A model generated the notes under the pieces. It was not told the origin of the DNA. It saw only the letters and a program-made list of their open reading frames with translations, and made no database searches. A stretch of 64,000 nucleotides of DNA from Candidatus Bathyarchaeota archaeon. GTDB taxonomy: Archaea > Thermoproteota > Bathyarchaeia > 40CM-2-53-6. Of this stretch, positions 50,131 to 59,950 are shown in pieces (the stretch's first letter is position 1; the number at the start of each line of letters is the position of its first letter). The DNA lies in the NCBI GenBank assembly GCA_963726255.1, contig CAVSBL010000002.1:640001-704000 (forward strand), written 5' to 3'. The position numbers and the translations under genes were made by a program.

Positions 50131-50589
50131 ATGAAGAACGCCAAGGAACTCGGCGAAGCACTCAAAGCAAAATCCTTAACCGGATTAACCAAAGCTCTGA
50201 GCCATCTCGCTGAAAAGCTCGGTTACGAACTCAAGCCCCCGTTTACCCAGATAATTGAGCTCAAGGCAAAGGAGCAAAGAGGCCGTTTTGCGCTTCGCTT
50301 TGAGGCAAGCCTCGCTCTCCATTATTGTAACTTAGCGAATCAGCAAGAAGGCGTGGTTTTTGACATTCAGTTCGGCGGGAGCGCTATCGCAGATTCGCCA
50401 AGCCCGCCGATTGACGAACTCTTCTACGCTGGAATCGTACGTCGCTTCCAAGTCTACGGGTACGGGAGCGGTTGGAAAGGAAAACAGGTTGCGATGCAAA
50501 AGAGGTTCATCGATGAGCTGGAGGTTTCCTCGAATTTCATGAACGAAATCGATGTGGACAGCTTCTTTCAGCAACTCGAGAGCAAGTAG
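50131..50589 (+). CDS. Hypothetical protein co-oriented with the ATPase genes
   Basis: 152-aa ORF starting 6 bp after the proteolipid stop. Confidence 0.7.
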   Translation: MKNAKELGEALKAKSLTGLTKALSHLAEKLGYELKPPFTQIIELKAKEQRGRFALRFEASLALHYCNLANQQEGVVFDIQFGGSAIADSPSPPIDELFYAGIVRRFQVYGYGSGWKGKQVAMQKRFIDELEVSSNFMNEIDVDSFFQQLESK

Positions 50590-50597
50590 CGTTCGCC

Positions 50598-52040
50598 TCA
50601 ATGGGCCATATGCTGTACGGTGGGGAGAATCACACTGAGTAGCAGGGACGGGTATAGCCCAAGGATCAGAAGCGGAACAAGGAATGCGCCTAGCGTTAGC
50701 AACGTATAGTATGGAGCCTCTCTGGATCCTACAGGCTTAGTCGGAGCTGCGAATAGGACCCGACGGAGCATCCACACGAAATAGCCTGCAGTTATACCTG
50801 GAACGAGCACGGCAACCGCGTAGAATGCGTTAACGGAGATGCCGGCAAGGATAATCGTATATTCACTAATGAAATTGCTGAAGCCAGGGAAGCCCATCGC
50901 ACCCAGCGAAGCCAATACGAGCAGAAAACTCGTCTTTGGCATTGCGTTTCCGAGGCCACCCAATTCTCGGATCGTGCGAGTGCCCATATGTTCGTGAATT
51001 ACCCCCGACATCAGGAACAAGGCTCCGATGACGCAAGCGTGGTTGAACATTTGGAAAACTGCGCCGCTGATTCCGGCAGTCGTGAGCGTGAACGCCCCTA
51101 ATAGAACGTAGCCCATGTGGTTTATGCTCGTCAGAGCAACCATTCGTTTGAAGTCCTGTTGGACAATCGCTACGAGACCCCCGTAGAACATCGTCAGCAG
51201 GCCGAAGCCGATGAAGACAGGGGCCAGATATTTGGAGGCTTCAGGCATGAGGAAGAGGTTCATTCGAATGAAACCGTACCCGCCCATTTTGAGGAGTAAA
51301 CCGGCGAGTAGAACACTGATGGGGGCCGGTGCTTCGACGTGGGCGTCGGGCAACCATGTGTGAAAAGGAACTATGGGCAGTTTGACTCCGAATCCGATGA
51401 AGAACCCGATTGAGATTAGGATCTGTGAGAGCAAGGGCAGGTGCATGTTCATCAAATCTAGAAAGTTGAAGGTGTGTGGAGTTGAGAGGACGTAGAGTGA
51501 AATGAAACTCAAGAGGAGCAGAATACTGCCCACGTGTGTCATGATGAGGAACTTCATTGCCGCGTATTTCTTTCGCGGCCCGCCCCATACTCCGATGAAG
51601 AAGAACATTGGAATGAGGACAAGTTCCCAGAAAACGTAGAAGGCGACTAGGTTCAGGGACGTGAAGACACCTATGATAGCGCCTTCAAAGAGGAGGAGCA
51701 GCGCGTTGTACTCTTTTACTCGGGAGGTTATCTGCTCCCATGATCCTGCGGCCGATAGGGTCGTCAGGAATGCTGAAATGATTAGGAGGGGGAGGCTGAT
51801 TCCGTCAACTCCAATCGTGTAACTCAATCCGAACTCTTTCGCCCAGTCGTATGTTTCGACTAGCTGGAAGCCAGGGGTGCTCCAGTTGAACGTTAGGAGT
51901 ATGAAGAGCACCAAGGCGATAGTAGAGGCGGAAATCAGAATCGTTAAAGCCTTGGAGACTTTGTCGCCGAGGTAACCGGCAAAATAAACGATGACTGCCC
52001 CGATGAAGGGCATGAAAACGAGGAAAGATAGCAGATACAA
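50598..52040 (-). CDS. nuoM: Complex I-like subunit M (second copy)
   Basis: GVDGIS, FYVFWE, VKLPIVPFHTWLPDAHVEAP, LLKMGGYG. Confidence 0.93.
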   Translation of the reverse strand: MYLLSFLVFMPFIGAVIVYFAGYLGDKVSKALTILISASTIALVLFILLTFNWSTPGFQLVETYDWAKEFGLSYTIGVDGISLPLLIISAFLTTLSAAGSWEQITSRVKEYNALLLLFEGAIIGVFTSLNLVAFYVFWELVLIPMFFFIGVWGGPRKKYAAMKFLIMTHVGSILLLLSFISLYVLSTPHTFNFLDLMNMHLPLLSQILISIGFFIGFGVKLPIVPFHTWLPDAHVEAPAPISVLLAGLLLKMGGYGFIRMNLFLMPEASKYLAPVFIGFGLLTMFYGGLVAIVQQDFKRMVALTSINHMGYVLLGAFTLTTAGISGAVFQMFNHACVIGALFLMSGVIHEHMGTRTIRELGGLGNAMPKTSFLLVLASLGAMGFPGFSNFISEYTIILAGISVNAFYAVAVLVPGITAGYFVWMLRRVLFAAPTKPVGSREAPYYTLLTLGAFLVPLLILGLYPSLLLSVILPTVQHMAH

Positions 52041-52050
52041 CTCTGTTGCC

Positions 52051-54147
52051 TCATGTCAAGAAGAATAATATCGCCACTACGAGCGCGAACACGCCAAGCG
52101 CGAAGACTGCCACGTACTCTTGCGGAATCCCCGTTTGAATTCTTCTCACTCCTGTTGAAAACTTCCTGCCTGTTGAAGCGATTCCGTTGATCCAGCCGTC
52201 AATGAATGCTAGGTCTATTCTCTGCCCACCCTTCGAGACATCAATCGACGCTGTGGCTACAGCACCACTGATTCTGTCGAAGAAACCAGTCTCAATCGTG
52301 TTCTTCAAGCCCGCTGCTGCAGATAAAGTTCCGTAAACGAAGGTACGGTAGTAGATTGGGTTGATGTACCAGCGATTCCAGAGAAAGTTGTATACCGTGC
52401 GCCCGAATCCACTCTCGCCAACAATTGAGGTCGATTTCAGCCGGCCCGAAATATAGATCAGATAACCAAAGGTCCCTCCTACAGCCAACATTACCAGCGA
52501 ACCAAGAGTTGCGGTCAGCGCCGCGCTTTGTTCTACAGCAGGGTTGAGCTCCGTTGGCGGCGCCATCAATGGAGTGGTTGTTGTCGCTAGGGCGCGGGTA
52601 ATCGCGGATTCTATGAACGGGCCAGCCAAACCTATCGCAACAGTCGCGACTGCTAGAATCACGTACGGGACCCACATGAGTGCCGGGGCTTCATGCATGT
52701 GGTGCCCTTCATCCTCTAGTTTCTTGACGTTCGCGCTCTTCGGCCCTAAGAACACCATCCCGATTACTTTGAGGCTGTAAAGGAAGGTTAGTCCGACAGT
52801 GCCCCACGCAAGAAGCATTAGGGGAAGTTGCCCGGTCATGACGGTTGCAGCTATTATTGCATCTTTGCTCCAGAATCCGCTCAAAGGCGGCACACCTGAA
52901 AGTGCAAGCATGGCTATGAGCATTGAGGCAAATGTGATTTTCATTGCTTGGCGCAGCCCGCCCATATCGCCCATGAATCTCGATTCCACTGCGTGCAAGA
53001 TTGCTCCGGCTGCGAGGAAAGCGGCTGCCTTGAAGAGAGCGTGAGTCATCAGGTGGAAGATTCCTGCGCTTAGGCCCGTGACGAATTCTGAAGCTAGGCC
53101 GCCGGCACCTATGCCGAGCATCATGTAACCGATTTGGGAGACTGTGGAGTATGCGAGAAGTTTCTTCAACTCTTTCGATACCACTGCTTGCGTGGCGGCC
53201 ATGAAACATGTGAAGGCGCCAACCCAGGCAACAGCCTCAAAGAAGAACGTGGGCTGGGCGTACTGCAGGACTGCGTTGTAGAACATTGGGCCTGCTCTGC
53301 CCGCTAGGTACACGCCCGCCGTGACCATTGTGGCCGCGTGAATGAGGGCTGAGACGGAGGTTGGGCCCGCCATCGCATCCGGGAGCCATTCATGCAATGG
53401 AAATTGGGCTGATTTACCAATCGGTCCCCAGAAGAAGAGCAAGGCGACAGGAACGAGTAGACCTAGCTGAGTTAATGGCAAGGCCCATGACACGTTACTT
53501 GACAGCTCGGCGAAATTCAACGTTCCCGAGTAGGCGTAGATCATGAAGATTGCGATGAGTAGGCCTATGTCGCCGATTCTCGTTACGATGAGGGCCTTCA
53601 TTCCGGCGTGGCTTGGCGAATAAGCCATAGGCACGTTCAAGGATTTTTCACCAACGGGTCCAACCCATTTGTCAATTGGGTCCTTGTACCAATGCCCGAT
53701 TAGCGCATATGAACAGAGGCCTACTCCTTCCCAACCGAAGAAGAGCTGAAGGAGGTTATCCGACATAACGAGGAGAAGCATGCTGCCTATGAAGAAGTTC
53801 ATGAAGAACCAGTAGCGGGTTAAGCCTTCATCGCCTTTCATGTAGGCGAGGCTGTAGACCATGATGAGGAAGCTGACCCACGAAACAACGTTCGCCATGA
53901 TTACGCTGAGCGGGTCAACGAGAACTCCGGCCTTGATGTTCAAGCTCATTATCCAATTTACTTGAAGGTCCTGCGCCGTACCTGAGAACACGGTTGGAAT
54001 CAGTAGAGCTGCGGAGATTGCGCCGAGCAAGGAAAACGTGACTGAGCCGTAATCCCTAACCTTAGCGTGCATGCGCGCCAAGGCCGGAGTTAAAACCGCG
54101 CCGGCAAACGGTAGCGCCCAAGTCAACCACGCGAAGATTTCGTTCAT
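52051..54147 (-). CDS. nuoL: Complex I-like subunit L with lengthened lateral helix
   Basis: WEGVGLCSY.LIG, GKSAQFPLHEWLPDAMAGPT.VSALIHAATMV, GFWSKD, WY..RRIQTG. Confidence 0.95.
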   Translation of the reverse strand: MNEIFAWLTWALPFAGAVLTPALARMHAKVRDYGSVTFSLLGAISAALLIPTVFSGTAQDLQVNWIMSLNIKAGVLVDPLSVIMANVVSWVSFLIMVYSLAYMKGDEGLTRYWFFMNFFIGSMLLLVMSDNLLQLFFGWEGVGLCSYALIGHWYKDPIDKWVGPVGEKSLNVPMAYSPSHAGMKALIVTRIGDIGLLIAIFMIYAYSGTLNFAELSSNVSWALPLTQLGLLVPVALLFFWGPIGKSAQFPLHEWLPDAMAGPTSVSALIHAATMVTAGVYLAGRAGPMFYNAVLQYAQPTFFFEAVAWVGAFTCFMAATQAVVSKELKKLLAYSTVSQIGYMMLGIGAGGLASEFVTGLSAGIFHLMTHALFKAAAFLAAGAILHAVESRFMGDMGGLRQAMKITFASMLIAMLALSGVPPLSGFWSKDAIIAATVMTGQLPLMLLAWGTVGLTFLYSLKVIGMVFLGPKSANVKKLEDEGHHMHEAPALMWVPYVILAVATVAIGLAGPFIESAITRALATTTTPLMAPPTELNPAVEQSAALTATLGSLVMLAVGGTFGYLIYISGRLKSTSIVGESGFGRTVYNFLWNRWYINPIYYRTFVYGTLSAAAGLKNTIETGFFDRISGAVATASIDVSKGGQRIDLAFIDGWINGIASTGRKFSTGVRRIQTGIPQEYVAVFALGVFALVVAILFFLT

Positions 54148-54150
54148 GCT

Positions 54151-55620
54151 TTAACCCCCTAAAATCGCTTTTACGGCTGGCAAGAGCAACTTCTCGACGA
54201 GGTCCGGGTAAATTCCGAGTATGAGCGAAATTGCGCCCAGAACGAGTAACGGCCCTGTCACTAGCCATGGAGCCTCAGTGACATTGTTCAACTCATCAGG
54301 CAGGCTGCCAAAGAAAATCCGTTTCACCGCCCAAAGCGAGTAGCCTGCCGTTAGCGCGGTCGACACGACACCCAAGAAGGATAGTGCGATTCGTAGCATT
54401 GAGTTTGCTGCAAATGCTGCGTTGAAGCTCCCCGCGAAGATCAGGAATTCTGAGATGAAGCCCGTTGTTGGCGGTATGCCCATTATGGTTAGAAAACCGA
54501 GTATTGCGGCTGTGGCCGTGATCGGCATCTTGGACGCCAAGCCGCCCATTTTGCTTATACTTCGTAGTCCGTGGGCCTGCATGATAATCGTTCCTGCCAC
54601 CATGAAGAGAATCCCTTTCCCAAGCCCATGCGTCACGTACTGAAACATGCTGCCAGATACTCCGAGAACTTGAAATGATGAGATTCCGAGCAAAATGTAA
54701 CCCATCTGGCTTACACTCGAATAGGCTAGTAGTCGCTTAATGTCATCTTGGACTAGCGCCATCGCTCCGCCGTAGAACATGGTGACTATGGCCCATATCG
54801 AGAGCAATGTGGAAATTTCGAGAAACGCCGTGGGTAAAATTGTGATCACGAGTCGGACAATTGCATAACCGCCTATCCCAATCATTGCTGGCGAAAGAAG
54901 CGCGCTGATAGGGGTTGGGGCTTCTGCGTGCGCGTGGGGCAGCCAGATGTGCAGCCCGAACGCGGCCATTTTGACCAACAGTCCAACAACCATCAAAACG
55001 ACAATGAAGAGTCGAAGGTTCGCTGGGATTGTGGAAGAAACGATCGTGGCTAGGTCGAAGGTTCCGGTGAGGTATCCGATTGAGAGGATACCGGCGAGAA
55101 ACGATAGTGCCCCTATGTGGGTCCACATGAAGTACATGAATGATATTCGGTCCCTGTCACCGTACCCCCACTTTGCAATCAGAAAGTAAGATGGGATGAG
55201 CATTAGTTCGAAGAACAGGTAGAATTCGATGAGGTTCGTCGCTAGCACCGCTCCCATCATTCCAACCGAATAGAGCGTGAACAGCGCGTAGTACAGGCCG
55301 AACTGTCTCTTTTCGTCGCCAATGACGTGCTTCATGTATGGGATTGAGTAGATGGACATCAACGTGCATAGCAGTGCGATCGTGAAAAGAATCGGAATGC
55401 TCAAACCGTCCGCTTTTAGCCCGAAGAGACCGATCGGGCTCCAGTCATAGAATTCCTGAACCCCACCCTGCCAGCCCGCGAGCAGCGTCAAGAAAGTTGA
55501 GTAGCCGAGCGCGGCAAAGGAAAACCAACCCGCTTTAGCTCCCCACCTAACGCCCGCTGCATATACGACGAAAACGAACACAAGAGGGACTAGAAGAATT
55601 TGGAGAACCTGCATGTACAA
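54151..55620 (-). CDS. nuoM: Complex I-like subunit M (first copy)
   Basis: FYLFFE, VKMAAFGLHIWLPHAHAEAPTP, KRLLAYSS, GFISEF. Confidence 0.88.
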   Translation of the reverse strand: MYMQVLQILLVPLVFVFVVYAAGVRWGAKAGWFSFAALGYSTFLTLLAGWQGGVQEFYDWSPIGLFGLKADGLSIPILFTIALLCTLMSIYSIPYMKHVIGDEKRQFGLYYALFTLYSVGMMGAVLATNLIEFYLFFELMLIPSYFLIAKWGYGDRDRISFMYFMWTHIGALSFLAGILSIGYLTGTFDLATIVSSTIPANLRLFIVVLMVVGLLVKMAAFGLHIWLPHAHAEAPTPISALLSPAMIGIGGYAIVRLVITILPTAFLEISTLLSIWAIVTMFYGGAMALVQDDIKRLLAYSSVSQMGYILLGISSFQVLGVSGSMFQYVTHGLGKGILFMVAGTIIMQAHGLRSISKMGGLASKMPITATAAILGFLTIMGIPPTTGFISEFLIFAGSFNAAFAANSMLRIALSFLGVVSTALTAGYSLWAVKRIFFGSLPDELNNVTEAPWLVTGPLLVLGAISLILGIYPDLVEKLLLPAVKAILGG

Positions 55621-55626
55621 TTAGCT

Positions 55627-55935
55627 TCATCCCTTGAGCTTGTTCAGCTTCCTAACGTCTATACTTGAGTTCAACCTGAAGGCGACTAGGATGAGGGCTA
55701 AACCGACCGCCGCTTCCATTGCAGCTGCTGCGATAGAATAGAATACAATGACCTGCCCTGAAACCTGCGGTGGGTTCATGTACCTAGTGAAAGCAACGAA
55801 GTTCAGGTTAGCCGCGTTCACGATAATTTCAATAGCGAACAAGAGTCGCATCGCGTTCTTCTTCACGCTAAGCCCATAGACGCCGATTCCGAGGAGCGCT
55901 GCTGAAACTATTAGGTAACTGGTTAGAGCAACCAT
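55627..55935 (-). CDS. nuoK: Complex I-like subunit K
   Basis: AIEIIVNAANLN, GQV, AAMEAAVGLAL. Confidence 0.93.
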   Translation of the reverse strand: MVALTSYLIVSAALLGIGVYGLSVKKNAMRLLFAIEIIVNAANLNFVAFTRYMNPPQVSGQVIVFYSIAAAAMEAAVGLALILVAFRLNSSIDVRKLNKLKG

Positions 55936-55941
55936 CTAGAG

Positions 55942-56454
55942 TCACTTCTCCAATTTCGCCAATACCAACGCGCCAAGAAGTGCCGCAGACATCAACAATG
56001 CAAGTATTACGAGTGGAACAGGATAGGCGGTCGCGAGCACAGGCCCCAATTGCGATATTGGCAAAAATGCGGTAGGCGGCGCTGCGGGGAGATTTGGGCC
56101 GGCTAGGGCAGCGACCCCGGCTATCGATACTGCCAGTAGGCCTGCGATCCACAATCCCATCGAGCCTTCGCCACCTTCTTCACGCTCTTCTGTCTCTCCC
56201 ACAACTTCACGCCGGACCAGCATTATCGTAAAGAGAATCAGGACCACGACGGCGCCGACGTATACTGCAATCTGAAGCATTGCAAGGTAAGGTGCATCCA
56301 GAAAAACGAAAAACCCGGCAATGCCTATGAAACTGATCGCGAGAGAAATAGCCCCGTAGATGAGCTCCTTTGCTTGCAAAGCCATGATTGCGGCGAGGAT
56401 AGTCACGGTGGTTAGAATTATGAAAGGGATGTCAGGGGGGATAGCTATGTCCAC
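55942..56454 (-). CDS. nuoJ: Complex I-like subunit J (GTG start assumed)
   Basis: LDAPYLAMLQIAVYVGAVVVLILFTIML. Confidence 0.92.
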   Translation of the reverse strand: MDIAIPPDIPFIILTTVTILAAIMALQAKELIYGAISLAISFIGIAGFFVFLDAPYLAMLQIAVYVGAVVVLILFTIMLVRREVVGETEEREEGGEGSMGLWIAGLLAVSIAGVAALAGPNLPAAPPTAFLPISQLGPVLATAYPVPLVILALLMSAALLGALVLAKLEK

Positions 56455-56458
56455 GGAT

Positions 56459-57487
56459 TCAAAGCCCCCACGCTGATAGCACGCCCGTGTTAAGCAGGAG
56501 GACTGTGAGGAAAACATTGGCGAGGGCGATTATGAGCAACCGAGTCCAGCCCACTTTGATGAGCATGTCAACCCTGATCCTTGGGTAAACTCCCCGAGGT
56601 ATGATGATGAAGGTGGCAACGATTAGGGTCTTTATTATGAACCAGACTGGTTGGGGAAGAAACGCTGGACCCCACCAACCACCAAGAAAGAGCACCGTCA
56701 CAAGTGAGGACATTAGGTACAGTTTCATGTAAAGCGCCAAGAATAATACCATAAAGATCGCTCCACTGGATTCGGTATACCACCCAGCAACGAGTTCAGG
56801 TTCAGCTTCCGGTAGGTCGAATGGTAGCCTCTCAAGTTCAGCCATGATGGATATGAAGAATACGATGAAGGACAGAATCGCCGGGACGATGAACCAAATC
56901 TTCTGCTGGGCGTTCACAATGTCAACTAGATTGAGGGAACCGGCGAGCAAGACGATGCTAAGCGCTGAAATCCACATTGGAATCTCATACGCGACCTGCT
57001 GAAACAGGGACCGCAGCCCTCCCAGGAACGGGTACTTGCTGTTGCTCGCCCAAGCAAAGATCAGGATCATGCTAGGGAAGAGAGAGGTCATAGCAAACAC
57101 GAAGACTAGTCCAACATCCAGATTCGCAATCACCCAATGTTGACCAAACGGAATCACTGCAAACGGCAGCGCAGCGAAGAATACTAGCGCAAGGGGAATC
57201 CAGATGAAGAGTGGTTTGTTCGCCTTGTACGGAATCATGACCTCTTTGAAGATTAGTTTAACTCCGTCAGCAATCGGTTGCAATATTCCCCCTGGGCCGC
57301 CAGCGTACAGTGGACCTATCCTGAGTTGAATTCTGGCTAGAATTTTTCTCTCGTACCAAGTCAAGAACATGACGACTAGCATCAAATGTATGAATCCTGG
57401 GAAGAAGACGATTGTGATGAAAGTGTGAGAAGTGACAACGGCGATGATGAAGGGAAGTAAGTCTGCCGGTGTTGTCGGGAGGTTCAC
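56459..57487 (-). CDS. nuoH: Complex I-like subunit H
   Basis: ERKILARIQLRIGP, DGVKL..KE, RLPFDLPEAEPELVAG, PRIRVD. Confidence 0.95.
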   Translation of the reverse strand: MNLPTTPADLLPFIIAVVTSHTFITIVFFPGFIHLMLVVMFLTWYERKILARIQLRIGPLYAGGPGGILQPIADGVKLIFKEVMIPYKANKPLFIWIPLALVFFAALPFAVIPFGQHWVIANLDVGLVFVFAMTSLFPSMILIFAWASNSKYPFLGGLRSLFQQVAYEIPMWISALSIVLLAGSLNLVDIVNAQQKIWFIVPAILSFIVFFISIMAELERLPFDLPEAEPELVAGWYTESSGAIFMVLFLALYMKLYLMSSLVTVLFLGGWWGPAFLPQPVWFIIKTLIVATFIIIPRGVYPRIRVDMLIKVGWTRLLIIALANVFLTVLLLNTGVLSAWGL

Positions 57488-57491
57488 TAAT

Positions 57492-57857
57492 CTACCAAAT
57501 CTCCTTGCGCAACGCTAGCTGCAACGCGTAGCCCAAAGGCGCTGCGAGCAGAAATAGAAACAGCAACACCAAGAACGAATCGTTTAGGGGAATCATCCTG
57601 TAGCTTATCCCCCAGGCAAACAGAAACATTCCGACGACATCAAAGACAACGAACATGAGGAGGTATGGGTAGTATTGCATGACTATTCTAGTTCTCGCCT
57701 CCCCTTGTGGGACTTGGCCCGATTCGAATGGCATGTCACGAAAAGGGTCAGGTTTTCGCCGGGACCAAAACATTGGCAGAGTCAGCAATGGGCCTGTAAG
57801 GAGGACGATGAGGATGGCCCAGATGATTATTGCCAGCCAGGGGTTTAACGCCATCAT
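57492..57857 (-). CDS. nuoA: Complex I-like subunit A
   Basis: PFESG, QYY..LMFVVFDV, terminal W. Confidence 0.9.
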   Translation of the reverse strand: MMALNPWLAIIIWAILIVLLTGPLLTLPMFWSRRKPDPFRDMPFESGQVPQGEARTRIVMQYYPYLLMFVVFDVVGMFLFAWGISYRMIPLNDSFLVLLFLFLLAAPLGYALQLALRKEIW

Positions 57858-58062
57858 GAGTCCCTGCGAGACTTGACCGGGTTGCCGTCTGACTGAAATC
57901 AACCGCATATAAATCATGCGAATACTTCAAACCGCGTCGCGGTCGGTAACGTCACAATCTCCTGAGGTATTTTCTTAAGGAACGAGAAATATTAGCTGGC
58001 GTTTCGAATCATCACCTAATCTGGAAGCGTCTAGGTCACAAGAAATCGAGTTGTGAAGAAGA

Positions 58063-58215
58063 ATGGCTTGGCATTCCGCGGGAACTACTCACTTCTGGTG
58101 TGCCAAATGCAAGAAACAGGTCCCTGCACAATCTGAGTTAGTCTTCAAGGAGGGAAAGGTGTTGTGGAAATGGAAATGTAACTCGTGTGGGACCGACTAC
58201 ATGACAGACGCTTAG
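58063..58215 (+). CDS. 50-aa C4 zinc-ribbon protein (not in ORF track)
   Basis: MAWHSAGTTHFWCAKCKK...WKCNSCGTDYMTDA*. Confidence 0.7.
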   Translation: MAWHSAGTTHFWCAKCKKQVPAQSELVFKEGKVLWKWKCNSCGTDYMTDA

Positions 58216-58219
58216 ATGG

Positions 58220-59140
58220 CTAGAAGGACCTCTCAAGCGAATAATCCGCGAAATCTTCCAGTAGCTTGCTTTTGCTTTGATCGCGAAGTCCCTTCAATTC
58301 TTCTTTTGCCTTAGCGACGTGTTCACGTGATTTCTTTAGCGCAAACTGCATAGCTTTCTCGTATAGCGCTGCAATTGCGACTTGGTCTGACTTCTCTTTT
58401 TCATCTAGAAGGTTGCTCACTCGCTCTCTCTTCGTCGCTTCGTCCAGATAATGCATGACGACCAAGTTTACGCGTTCTTGCCGTTCCGGATCGCCCGACT
58501 GGTCGAGAATATCGTCTTTGATTTGGAACGCTATGCCCACAGCTCTTCCATAATTATACAGGCAGTTGACCTCATCTGCGTTTGCACCACCGAGCACTCC
58601 GCCAATCCCAGCGGCAGCACTGAATAGTGAACCAGTCTTGAGGTCCGCGATGTTTAGGTAATGGTCGATGTCAATTGCCAGCTCTGTTAGAGTGTCCAGG
58701 ATTTCTCCCTTGCTCAGGTCGACAAGTCCCCAACCGGCAAGTCGTGTTATTCGTGGTTCCTTGTACTCGGAAAGAATTTGAACGCCTTTGGAGGCTAGGA
58801 AGAGCCCGGCGCTAATCGCCTTATCATCAGCGAAGGCGTGTTGGGTTGTCGGGAGGCTTCGCCGTAACCTGTGTTTGTCGATTAAGTCATCGAAAATCAG
58901 TGATGCCGCATGGAGAAATTCCATTGATACAGCGGCGTCGAGAGCATGCTCCGGCTTTCCGCCAACACTATCAGAGGCCAATAAGACTAGAATTGGCCGA
59001 AGCCGCTTGCCGCCCGTTCTAAAAGTGTACTTCACGAGCTCGTTTGCTTCGCTCTGCTCGAAACCAGTTGAAAGTAACTCGTCGAGTCGTTTGTTTACGA
59101 CGGCCCGCTTTTCATCGAGCAGTTTTTGGAAGTCGTTCAT
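58220..59140 (-). CDS. Polyprenyl diphosphate synthase
   Basis: GGKRLRP, DDLID..RR, KTGSLF, FQIKDDILD. Confidence 0.93.
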   Translation of the reverse strand: MNDFQKLLDEKRAVVNKRLDELLSTGFEQSEANELVKYTFRTGGKRLRPILVLLASDSVGGKPEHALDAAVSMEFLHAASLIFDDLIDKHRLRRSLPTTQHAFADDKAISAGLFLASKGVQILSEYKEPRITRLAGWGLVDLSKGEILDTLTELAIDIDHYLNIADLKTGSLFSAAAGIGGVLGGANADEVNCLYNYGRAVGIAFQIKDDILDQSGDPERQERVNLVVMHYLDEATKRERVSNLLDEKEKSDQVAIAALYEKAMQFALKKSREHVAKAKEELKGLRDQSKSKLLEDFADYSLERSF

Positions 59141-59227
59141 CCGGCTCCACGAGTCTGTTTTTGCGCGAATGAATGCGGTAACCGTTATAAATGCTAGCTA
59201 GGGACGGACGCCCTTCGCATTCGGCCT

Positions 59228-59917
59228 TTAAGCGTACTTCTGAATGGCTTCACAGAAATCACGCAATACCCTTTCCGGAGCAGGTGCCTTGACTATGCCG
59301 CTAGCGACTAGAACCCCCTGTGTCCCAAGCTTCAGCGCCGCGTAAACGTCTTCCCCGGTCGTTATTCCAGCACCACACAGGATCTTGACCTGACTATTGA
59401 CGGCGCGAATTCTTCTTACTGATTCGGTGAGGATCTCCGGTTTTTCCTTTGAAACTGCGCGTCCCGAACCGATCAGCTCAGGGGGCTCGATCGCTACCAT
59501 ATCCGGCTCGGAGAGAGCGACTGCAGCACCCAGCCTAGCCGTGCCTGCACAAACGACAGTCGTCAATCCGATGTCTCGAGCATGCTCTACCGATTTCTCG
59601 ATGTCCGGAAGTTTCAGATTCCTTTCAGAATGATTGATAATGGTCCCCGAGGCTCCTGCTGCACTCACAGACTCGGCTAGTACATGGCCTGTAAAGGCGC
59701 CGGGAGTTATTGCGTCTATGTGCTGGGCGAAGACGGGAATCCGTACGTTGGCCGCGACCCGTTCGATGTCACAAAACTGTGGGGCTACTCCCACATTTAC
59801 GCCCGTTTCCGCTCCGACTTTTTCCAATTTGAGAGCTAGTTCAACTGCCTTCTTCCCGGTGGCTTCGAGATACGTCTTGAAGTTGACGAGAAGAAATGGT
59901 TCAATTTCAGTTGCCAT
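59228..59917 (-). CDS. tpiA: Triosephosphate isomerase, archaeal type
   Basis: NFKTY, NHSE, EPPELIG, GAGI, LVASG. Confidence 0.95.
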   Translation of the reverse strand: MATEIEPFLLVNFKTYLEATGKKAVELALKLEKVGAETGVNVGVAPQFCDIERVAANVRIPVFAQHIDAITPGAFTGHVLAESVSAAGASGTIINHSERNLKLPDIEKSVEHARDIGLTTVVCAGTARLGAAVALSEPDMVAIEPPELIGSGRAVSKEKPEILTESVRRIRAVNSQVKILCGAGITTGEDVYAALKLGTQGVLVASGIVKAPAPERVLRDFCEAIQKYA

Positions 59918-59950
59918 GTCAGATCTCTCGTCTAATTGTGATGCGGATTT

